From a virus (lineage: Duplodnaviria; Caudoviricetes): DNA of 55,967 bases. Below are positions 15,058-22,776 of this stretch, piece after piece. The stretch covers positions 1 to 55,967 of the IMG/VR virus record IMGVR_UViG_3300034894_000006; one strand, written 5' to 3'. Every line of letters begins with the position of its first letter. Within the stretch, counting starts at the first letter, position 1. The translations under genes and the position numbers were made by a program. Below the pieces are notes generated by a model that saw only the letters and a list, made by a program, of their open reading frames with translations, was not told the DNA's origin and made no database searches.

Positions 15058-15518
15058 AAATGCTGTATCTTCTAAAGCAAATTGGCGATTTGGTTGGAAA
15101 CCCTGTATCATTATTTAGAGATTATGGTACTGAGTTCAAACTGATTACTAAATTTGAGTACTGTAAACCTAATATTGGTTATGGGGCACGATTAGACCCT
15201 TTTATTCTAATGACTGGAAAAATGGAGAAAGTTCATACCTTTAGTCTATATGAATTCCCTAGTTGCTGCGCATTCTGTGTAAGTACCCGAGCATTTACTT
15301 ACGATGGTTTTCGTAATATAGGGGTTAATAATTTAGCTAACCAGCTTAGAATATTTATAGCTAAAGAGTGTGGGTATACAGCCTTATTGTGTACTGATGT
15401 GCTCTCTAATGTAGCGCAACGGAAAACACTTCAGAAGAATGGATGGGAAGATATACTACAAATTAATAACAAACGAACAGGAAATGACGTAGCTATCTCA
15501 ATAAAGAGGTTAACATGA
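15054..15518 (+). CDS. GNAT-like acetyltransferase
   Basis: FRNIGV (R..G.-type motif), AKECGY.ALLCT, N....K...KNGW. Confidence 0.55.
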   Translation: MKMLYLLKQIGDLVGNPVSLFRDYGTEFKLITKFEYCKPNIGYGARLDPFILMTGKMEKVHTFSLYEFPSCCAFCVSTRAFTYDGFRNIGVNNLANQLRIFIAKECGYTALLCTDVLSNVAQRKTLQKNGWEDILQINNKRTGNDVAISIKRLT

Positions 15519-15607
15519 ATAGGAGAGGGCTTCTTTAACGAGCCTTGGTTTGATGAGGCTTGGGAACTAGCAGAAGAGAAATTAGAGGAACTATATTTGG
15601 AGTAACT

Positions 15608-15838
15608 ATGACTAAGTATGCTGTAATCTTGGCCCTGATGCTGCCATTATGGGCCAGATGGATTTTTTTCGTTATCTCAGCAGTGTTCCTATTTTTATTT
15701 TTGGGACCATGGGTAGGGTCTAATAAGACCGTTCTCATGTGGCCAATGACCATTGCTTACCTATTTTTGTGTGGGTGGTGGGGGTATGTAGCATCTAGTG
15801 TTTATAACGCATCAAGAGAGGAAGATCGTCATGCGTAA
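15608..15838 (+). CDS. Membrane protein upstream of SPFH
   Basis: GGAG SD; hydrophobic segments. Confidence 0.7.
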   Translation: MTKYAVILALMLPLWARWIFFVISAVFLFLFLGPWVGSNKTVLMWPMTIAYLFLCGWWGYVASSVYNASREEDRHA

Positions 15839-16706
15839 GATTCTTATTGGTACGGCAGCAGTTGCTGCGATTTTGTTGACGGGTTGTTCTAAGGTAACAG
15901 CAGGTCACGTGGGAGTTAAGGTCCACCTACTTGGAGCAAGCTCCGGTGTGGATTCGGAGGAACTGGGGCCGGGGCGTTATTGGATCGGCATTAACGAAGA
16001 GCTGTATCTGTTTCCCACGTTCACGCAGAACTATACGTGGACCAGTAAGCCTATTGCGGGGGATTTCGGGTTGGAGCTGGGGGATGAATCCCTAGACTTC
16101 CAGACTATAGAGGGTTTGAAGGTCAATGCGGATGTCGGCATTTCGTACCATATCAATCCAGCTAAGGTTACTGATGTGTTCCAGAAGTACCGCAAAGGTG
16201 TGGATGAGATCACGGACGTGTATCTGAGGAACATGGTTCGAGACGCTTTGGTGGAAGTTGCATCCGATCTTCCCATTGAGTCCGTGTACGGGGCAGGTAA
16301 GACAGCCTTGATGGATGAAGTCCAGCAGTTGGTAATGGAGCAAGTTAGCCCTATTGGCATTGAGGTTGAGAAGGTCTACTGGATCGGAGAGCTTCGTCTT
16401 CCGCAAACGGTGGTCAACAGCATCAACGCGAAAATCGAAGCGACGCAGATCGCGCAGCAAAGGCAGAATGAGATCGTTACTGCCCAAGCTGAAGCGCAGA
16501 AGCAAGTTGAGCAAGCGAAGGGTCAAGCGGAAGCGCAACTCACGAGGGCTCGTGCGGAAGCTGAAGCGCTACAACTCCGTGGAGACGCTCTCAGACGTAA
16601 TCCGGAGATTATACAACTCAACGCTGTAGAGAAGTGGAATGGTACGCTCCCGACCTTTATGGGTGGTGAGCAAGCTGTTCCGTTCATTCAGGTGCAGAAG
16701 CCATGA
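15831..16706 (+). CDS. SPFH/band-7/prohibitin family lipoprotein
   Basis: LLTGC lipobox, GHVGVKV, AEA-rich coiled coil, EKWNG.LP. Confidence 0.92.
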   Translation: MRKILIGTAAVAAILLTGCSKVTAGHVGVKVHLLGASSGVDSEELGPGRYWIGINEELYLFPTFTQNYTWTSKPIAGDFGLELGDESLDFQTIEGLKVNADVGISYHINPAKVTDVFQKYRKGVDEITDVYLRNMVRDALVEVASDLPIESVYGAGKTALMDEVQQLVMEQVSPIGIEVEKVYWIGELRLPQTVVNSINAKIEATQIAQQRQNEIVTAQAEAQKQVEQAKGQAEAQLTRARAEAEALQLRGDALRRNPEIIQLNAVEKWNGTLPTFMGGEQAVPFIQVQKP

Positions 16707-16984
16707 AAGTAATCAGCAAAGAGGATTTGTGCGCGTCAGACCCCGATAAACAAGTATCTAAATTTGTTGCGGGTAAGCTGTATCACGCAGGCCCTTGTAC
16801 GAAAGGGAAGCCCATATGCCACACCTATATAAGGTTATGTGTACAGACGCCCTCAGGGCAGGGCCTCTATATGGTGGATTTGGAGGGCAAGTCTCAAAAT
16901 TCAAACCTGGATCAGAACATAGTAGGCTATTATGAGCTTCCGGAGGATGTAATATCCGTAGTGCTCAATAAACAGGTGTTCTAG
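16703..16984 (+). CDS. Hypothetical protein
   Basis: ATGA overlap with SPFH gene. Confidence 0.6.
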   Translation: MKVISKEDLCASDPDKQVSKFVAGKLYHAGPCTKGKPICHTYIRLCVQTPSGQGLYMVDLEGKSQNSNLDQNIVGYYELPEDVISVVLNKQVF

Positions 16985-16992
16985 TTTTCGGA

Positions 16993-17067
16993 GCCACTGA
17001 AGCATTTAAGGTGATGCACCGGTTTTGTACTCCGGAGAACAGAGTTCGATTCTTTGTAGTGGCTCCA
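16993..17067 (+). tRNA. tRNA-Thr(UGU)
   Basis: gccactg/tagtggc acceptor stem, gcat/atgc D stem, ccgg(t)-tttgtac-(t)ccgg, cagag-ttcgatt-ctttg, encoded CCA. Confidence 0.85.
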
Positions 17068-17071
17068 TTTT

Positions 17072-17151
17072 TGGGGTGTATCCCCTCGGTCTTATAAGCC
17101 GTAGAAAGGGTAGACGGTTACACGTGGGTTCGATTCCCATCACCCCGACCA
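17072..17151 (+). tRNA. Irregular tRNA-like RNA, anticodon UAU (Ile), with rearranged D region
   Basis: tggggtg/caccccg acceptor + ACCA; T arm gtggg-ttcgatt-cccat; cggt-cttataa-gccg placed soon after U8A9; no conventional D arm. Confidence 0.7.
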
Positions 17152-17164
17152 TTAAGGAGATGGT

Positions 17165-17548
17165 ATGCAAATTTTTAGTAGTGGAGTTTCGTGCGGTGTG
17201 TTTATTATGTCAGGGATACGCACTAGTACTTATTCAGAAGAAGATAGATGGTTCCGTTATATTATGCAGAGGGTACTTGAATTCAGGAGATCTAATGGTG
17301 TATATACTTTTCTTTTTTCAGATAACTTTAAACACAAACTTAGCGGGGAACTTTTAGCTAAGCTGATTCTAGATAACAAATTAGGGGAGCTTGCGTCTAC
17401 TGGTAGAACCAGAAGCGCTAGCACAGAAAATGACATACAAACATGGATGTTCAAACCAGATATGGACGCCATTGATAGATTTCTTAATAGGGTGGAGGTA
17501 AAACAAAAAGTTGGAACTGAAAGTAATAGCGGCATCACTACAGGATAG
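17165..17548 (+). CDS. Hypothetical protein (putative paralog family)
   Basis: AAGGAG SD; SCG...FSD...NKLGE...IQTWMF. Confidence 0.75.
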   Translation: MQIFSSGVSCGVFIMSGIRTSTYSEEDRWFRYIMQRVLEFRRSNGVYTFLFSDNFKHKLSGELLAKLILDNKLGELASTGRTRSASTENDIQTWMFKPDMDAIDRFLNRVEVKQKVGTESNSGITTG

Positions 17549-18743
17549 GAGGGCATGGAAACTAGCTTCTAAGTATCTTGAAAACAAAGATATAGGCCCA
17601 GAAACGCAAAAGGTATTAAAGGTTATAGGTGATTATTATGAGCGCGATGAAAGTGCTAAGATCGCGGATCGTGAAATTATTCGAGAAAGAATTCTCGCCG
17701 GAATCCCTGAACATCAGGAGAAACACCGGGACATCTTCAAAGCATATCTCGACCGTGTTCCAGATGGAGTCTCGGTTGAGAACATTTCTGAATATATTGT
17801 TGGGGTTCAGCAAAATAGAATTGAAGCAGAATTGCATCAAGCTTTACTTGCTAGGAAAGACAAATCCCACCTTTCCGGACTTATGGAAAAATGGAGATCC
17901 GTCCAAGATGGAATTAGTGATCTCGATACAATCGAAAAAGAAATATATACGGGGTGGGACGTCGAACTTCTCGTACAAACGCACCATTCCCCTAGAAACC
18001 TTATTCGACTGCTACCTGTCACATTAGATAAGCTCACAGGGGGAGGGGCAATGCCAGGAGATCATATTCTGGTGTTTGCTTTCACAGAAGTAGGTAAGTC
18101 ACTTTTTTGCATAAATTTAGTATTCGGGTTCCTCAAACAGGGACTCCGTGTGCTTTACATTGAGAATGAAGAACCTATAGCACGTACACAGATGCGTGTA
18201 ATCAATAGGATTACGGGCAAGACTAAGAAAGAGATAATTGAAAATTATGGTAATTTACAACCGATATTGGATAAAGCCGGTTACAAGAATTTCACAATCG
18301 CCGGTCTATCTCCGGGATCTTTCGATGAGATCAAAGAGATCACGGAGGAAATAGATCCTCATGTGGTTATTTTCAATCAGTTAGGTAATTTGGATACAGG
18401 AGTTAAAAGGGATGGGCCGACCATTCAGCTACTATCAGCCTCACAGAATGCGAGAAACTTGGCTAAGAAGGAAGCACGGGTCGTTATATCGGTTGCGCAA
18501 GCGAGCGATGATGCATACGGTCGTGCCGGGCTTCGCAAGAACGATGTACAGTGGTCGAACGTGGATCTCCCCGGAACTCTTGATCTTCAGGTCGGCATCG
18601 GATGCACTGAAGAGATGGAGCAGATGGGCACGCGTCGTATCACGTTATGCAAAGACAAATTGGGCGGTAATTCGGGGGAATACTTCGATTGCCGGTTTAT
18701 CAAAGAAATCTCAAAGGTAGAAGAACTTGGACAACCAGCCTAG
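17511..18743 (+). CDS. dnaB: DnaB-like replicative helicase
   Basis: Walker A AFTEVGKS, YIENEE, SVAQA; TTG start after GGAGG. Confidence 0.88.
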   Translation: MELKVIAASLQDRRAWKLASKYLENKDIGPETQKVLKVIGDYYERDESAKIADREIIRERILAGIPEHQEKHRDIFKAYLDRVPDGVSVENISEYIVGVQQNRIEAELHQALLARKDKSHLSGLMEKWRSVQDGISDLDTIEKEIYTGWDVELLVQTHHSPRNLIRLLPVTLDKLTGGGAMPGDHILVFAFTEVGKSLFCINLVFGFLKQGLRVLYIENEEPIARTQMRVINRITGKTKKEIIENYGNLQPILDKAGYKNFTIAGLSPGSFDEIKEITEEIDPHVVIFNQLGNLDTGVKRDGPTIQLLSASQNARNLAKKEARVVISVAQASDDAYGRAGLRKNDVQWSNVDLPGTLDLQVGIGCTEEMEQMGTRRITLCKDKLGGNSGEYFDCRFIKEISKVEELGQPA

Positions 18744-18776
18744 AATAGCAGGTTATATAGAAAAGGACCCCGATCT

Positions 18777-18920
18777 ATGACACGCATAAATAGAGGGGTA
18801 TTATTTGTATTGGCTGCATCTTTAGGAGGACTTATAGTTGCTGCTGATGCTTATCCTATGATAGCTGTTGTAATAGGAATAGCTATTTATTTTGGAATCA
18901 CAGACGAGATATCCGTATGA
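18777..18920 (+). CDS. 47-aa membrane peptide (not in the ORF track)
   Basis: AAGGA SD; MTRINRGVLFVLAASLGG...; ATGA overlap with the next gene. Confidence 0.55.
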   Translation: MTRINRGVLFVLAASLGGLIVAADAYPMIAVVIGIAIYFGITDEISV

Positions 18921-19240
18921 AACTACTATTCTGTCCGGACTGCTGGGATGTCATTAAGTTGGAGTCAGAAATCCGGAAATGTAAGTGTGGGAAGTGTTCG
19001 GGTAAGTATCTTGAGAACCTGCACAATGCAGTAACTAATGGTGAAGGTATTTGCCTTGCTTTTAATAATTCTTCGTTAACTTCAGCGATAGTGAGATTTG
19101 CCTTATTAAGGGATAAACGAGAGGTAACACAAGCAGATACATGCGCTTTTCATTTTTCAGCGTGGGTACGTGATCACGGGGGACCTTCAAATCCCCGAAC
19201 TATTGTGGATAAAACATTAGGGGATGAATCCAACGCATAA
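18917..19240 (+). CDS. Zn-ribbon hypothetical protein
   Basis: CPDC...CKCG. Confidence 0.7.
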   Translation: MKLLFCPDCWDVIKLESEIRKCKCGKCSGKYLENLHNAVTNGEGICLAFNNSSLTSAIVRFALLRDKREVTQADTCAFHFSAWVRDHGGPSNPRTIVDKTLGDESNA

Positions 19241-19276
19241 TTTTCGTTTTTATCTAACAAACTATGGAAATTATAT

Positions 19277-20125
19277 ATGCTTAGTGTAAGCTTTTCTAGG
19301 TCATATTGGCACAAGATAGAGCCTATTAATTTCCCAGGAGGGGAACTACACATTGACCTTGACAATCTATTTGAAGAAGAAGAGCAGTGCGTAATTAAAG
19401 TTGATTTTAGAACTTCTGGAGATATCATAGGAGTGCTATTACTTACAGATGCTTTGAGACGCAAATCTCCAGGTATTAAGATTTCACTATACATGCCGTA
19501 TCTTCCGTATGCACGGCAGGATAGATACGAAAAAGACTTTGCTTTCAGCCTAAAAGTGCTGTGCAATCTAATAAATGAGCAGAACTATGAACAAGTCACA
19601 ATTCTTGATTGCCATTCAGATGTTGGGCCTGCTTTGCTCAATCGTTGCAGGAATATACCTGTGGAAGACTTGGTACCTTCTAAGGAAATTCTCAAGTTGG
19701 CGCCAGGAACACATATCCTCGCTCCAGACCAAGGCGCGCATAAAAAGTGCGCAAGAGTTGCAGCAAAACTTGGGTTGCCACTTATCCAGGCACAGAAGAC
19801 GAGAGACCCTAAGACGGGTAAAGTAGAGATAGATATTGAATATCTGGAGGAAAGGGAATGTCCACCTGCTTTTTTAGTTGTAGACGATATATGCGATGGT
19901 GGCGCTACGTTTAGTCTTCTTAGAGAATGCCTACCGTTAGACGTAGATTTACGTTTATGGGTTACGCACGGAATTTTTAGCAAAGGTCTCAAACCTTTAA
20001 CAGCATCAACCCCTGGAGAAGATCCACCATATAAGCAGATTTGGACAGCTAATAACATGTCAGGGATCATTCCAGATCTTCCCTTCATCAGTGAACAACT
20101 AAAGGTGTATCCGTATGTATATTAA
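19277..20125 (+). CDS. prs: Ribose-phosphate pyrophosphokinase-like protein (probable Adps)
   Basis: FPGGE, PYLPYARQDR, D.HS, APDQGA, VVDDICDGGATF, THGIF. Confidence 0.93.
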   Translation: MLSVSFSRSYWHKIEPINFPGGELHIDLDNLFEEEEQCVIKVDFRTSGDIIGVLLLTDALRRKSPGIKISLYMPYLPYARQDRYEKDFAFSLKVLCNLINEQNYEQVTILDCHSDVGPALLNRCRNIPVEDLVPSKEILKLAPGTHILAPDQGAHKKCARVAAKLGLPLIQAQKTRDPKTGKVEIDIEYLEERECPPAFLVVDDICDGGATFSLLRECLPLDVDLRLWVTHGIFSKGLKPLTASTPGEDPPYKQIWTANNMSGIIPDLPFISEQLKVYPYVY

Positions 20126-21629
20126 TCCATTGAATGCGATTGATTTCTACAAGGCCGATCACAGACGTCAATATCCTCACGGAACTGAATATGTCTACTC
20201 AAACTTTACCCCTCGTAGTGCTCGTCATGCTATCGATTCGAAACTCGTGGGGCCAAACTTCGACAACAAAGTGGTTTTCGTTGGGCTTCAGGGTTTCTGC
20301 AGATGGTTTTTGCGAGACTGTTTTAACCAGCACTTCTTTTCTCGACCCAAAGTGGAAGTCGTTGCCGCCTACAAACGACGAATGGATAGGTCCTTGGGAG
20401 AAGGAGCCATCCCTGTAGAGCACATAGCGGCTTTGCATGATCTACAGTATCTGCCGATAATGATAAAGGCAGTACCCGAAGGTACACGGGTACCTATTGG
20501 TGTACCGATGCTTACTATCGAGAATACCGATGAAGATTTCTTCTGGCTCACCAACTACCTGGAGACGGTACTATCGAATAGTTTGTGGAAAGCTTGCACA
20601 GAAGCCACAATAGCGTACGAATATCGCAAACTATTCAAAAAGTATGCCGTGGAAACTGGAGGCAATCTTTCTTTTGTTGACGTCCAGGGCCATGATTTCT
20701 CAGCCCGAGGAATGAGTACAATTTATGACGCAGCTAGTTCGGGTATTGGACATTTGCTCTCTTTTGTCGGCACTGACACTGTCTCTGCTATTGACTATGC
20801 AGAACACTATTACGGTGGGAACGTTATTGGGGTGTCTGTACCTGCAACTGAGCACTCTGTCATGTCTATGGGCGGCCGAGAAGACGAAATCTCTACCTTT
20901 CAGCGCCTTATCCAAGACCTATATCCTAGTGGTATTGTATCTATTGTCTCTGATACTTGGAATTTTTGGACTGTCATTACTGAGTATGCCGCCCGCCTTA
21001 AAGACATTATACTCAACAGAACTCCTGACAGCCTAGGAATGGCCAAGGTGGTGTTCAGGCCGGATAGTGGAGATCCGGTGAAGATCATCTGTGGCGATCC
21101 AGAAGCGCCAGAGGGTAGCCCAGCTCGTAAAGGGGCTGTACAGTGCTTGTGGGACATCTTTGGAGGAACTACGAATGCTAGTGGTTATCGTACAATTAAT
21201 CAGTGTGTGGGTCTTATTTATGGGGATAGTATTACTTACAGTAGGGCTAGTGAGATTCTTGAGCGGCTCAAGAGAGCCTCCTTCGCCTCAGATAATATTG
21301 TCTTCGGGATTGGGTCTTATACTTATCAGTATGTTACTCGCGATACCTTTGGATTTGCTATGAAATCCACTTGGGGTAGAGTACTTGGAGAGCCACGGGA
21401 GTTATCCAAGGACCCTATTACAGACGACGGCACCAAGAAGTCTTTGAAAGGTTTGTTAAAAGTTATTAGGACCGATGACGGGAATCTAACGGTTCTAGAC
21501 CAGTTGTTGGGCCGGGGTATGGGAGGTAAGGCGGACGTAATGGATATCGTGTTCTTTGATGGGGAAATGGATAATCCTGAGACTTTTGATACTATCAAAC
21601 GAAGGCTATGCAGTACCGACGAAAGGTAA
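20115..21629 (+). CDS. nadV: Nicotinamide phosphoribosyltransferase-like protein (probable Namat)
   Basis: DFYKADH, HDFSARG, F.GTD, PATEHS, SIVSDT, RPDSGDP, IYGDSI, KKS.KG. Confidence 0.95.
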   Translation: MYINPLNAIDFYKADHRRQYPHGTEYVYSNFTPRSARHAIDSKLVGPNFDNKVVFVGLQGFCRWFLRDCFNQHFFSRPKVEVVAAYKRRMDRSLGEGAIPVEHIAALHDLQYLPIMIKAVPEGTRVPIGVPMLTIENTDEDFFWLTNYLETVLSNSLWKACTEATIAYEYRKLFKKYAVETGGNLSFVDVQGHDFSARGMSTIYDAASSGIGHLLSFVGTDTVSAIDYAEHYYGGNVIGVSVPATEHSVMSMGGREDEISTFQRLIQDLYPSGIVSIVSDTWNFWTVITEYAARLKDIILNRTPDSLGMAKVVFRPDSGDPVKIICGDPEAPEGSPARKGAVQCLWDIFGGTTNASGYRTINQCVGLIYGDSITYSRASEILERLKRASFASDNIVFGIGSYTYQYVTRDTFGFAMKSTWGRVLGEPRELSKDPITDDGTKKSLKGLLKVIRTDDGNLTVLDQLLGRGMGGKADVMDIVFFDGEMDNPETFDTIKRRLCSTDER

Positions 21630-21780
21630 AAGTACGAAAAGATCCCAACAAAATAGGTAAGGGAACAAAGGTTCACGAACCTAAACCAAAGGAGAAGCAC
21701 AAACATAAGAAAAGAGAGTTAGAAGAATTAGAGCAAGAAGATGCAGATACTATAACAGATCTATTTGGAGATACGGATTT

Positions 21781-22200
21781 ATGAACGATCAAGCACAAAC
21801 GCACAGCGCTGAAAGCGCGTTGCCCACGGCTGCGGAAGAAACAAAGGCGGAGCAAGTTGTAAAACCGTCTAAACGGAGCTACCTAAGCAATAGCTCAAGA
21901 TTTCCTTCGCCCGATGAAATTCACGAAAAGTACAAAGTCAAATTCTTCGTGCATCATTGGCACGAAGGGAATGATCCAAAGATGGTGGAGAGGGCAAAGT
22001 ATGGGGAATCTAAGTATATTCCTATTTATGTCACTACTTGTACCATTATGGACTGGGATCAACAGGTGCGATTGGGTTATGGAGAAGCGGTATGCTCCCA
22101 CAAGGACATCCCCAATCGTTCTATAGGCCACCAAATGGCGGTCGGTAGAGCAATTAAGGATTTCATGGAACATCTAGAGGACGAAAAGAATAAGGAATAA
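21781..22200 (+). CDS. Hypothetical phage protein
   Basis: G.A.CS.KD...R.IG...A..RA block. Confidence 0.7.
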   Translation: MNDQAQTHSAESALPTAAEETKAEQVVKPSKRSYLSNSSRFPSPDEIHEKYKVKFFVHHWHEGNDPKMVERAKYGESKYIPIYVTTCTIMDWDQQVRLGYGEAVCSHKDIPNRSIGHQMAVGRAIKDFMEHLEDEKNKE

Positions 22201-22201
22201 T

Positions 22202-22600
22202 ATGGGCATGGAAATGTCGTGCGGTTGCACGGAAATTACGGGAGTAGCAAGTTCTTCTCCTGAGCAGGTACTAAAAAACCATTTAGGCCATTATGATGAT
22301 GGGGAATTAATAGAGTTGAATTACCACGAAGGAGATGATGGTAAAGAGAAACTTGAAGTGATTGTTTGTAGTGCGTTTGCTGTTTTCTCCGATGCTGTTG
22401 GGCACGGGGGAACTTATAGCGGCACTGAGTTTGCTAACTATCTTACAGCAAATAAACTAGGAACTGTTAGAGCTTCTGCGGTTAAAAAGAACCCAAATAC
22501 GAGTAACAGGATAAGAGTTTGGATTTGGGAGATCAACAAACGCAATCTAATAGCACATCTACGTAAAATAGGGGCTATCCATGAAGCTAACAGCGATTAA
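22202..22600 (+). CDS. Hypothetical protein (putative paralog family)
   Basis: SCG...FSD...ANYL..NKLG.V..S...NPNT.NRI.VWIW. Confidence 0.75.
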   Translation: MGMEMSCGCTEITGVASSSPEQVLKNHLGHYDDGELIELNYHEGDDGKEKLEVIVCSAFAVFSDAVGHGGTYSGTEFANYLTANKLGTVRASAVKKNPNTSNRIRVWIWEINKRNLIAHLRKIGAIHEANSD

Positions 22601-22776
22601 TTGCTTTAGGCGCTGTAAACGAATATTTTACGTTTTATGTGAGGAAGGATTTGACACGGAGGGCTTGAATGGTGTATACTCTTGTCCTAAGTGCAGAGAA
22701 CGGGATATCCATATAAGTTTAAAGCCCGTTGATATTCTGCCCCCTAAAATAACAATAATAAAGGAGGGACAAACTA

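Noticed and set aside
17025-17357. 110-aa ORF
   Set aside because: It runs through two tRNA-like genes and overlaps the SD-supported ORF at 17165.
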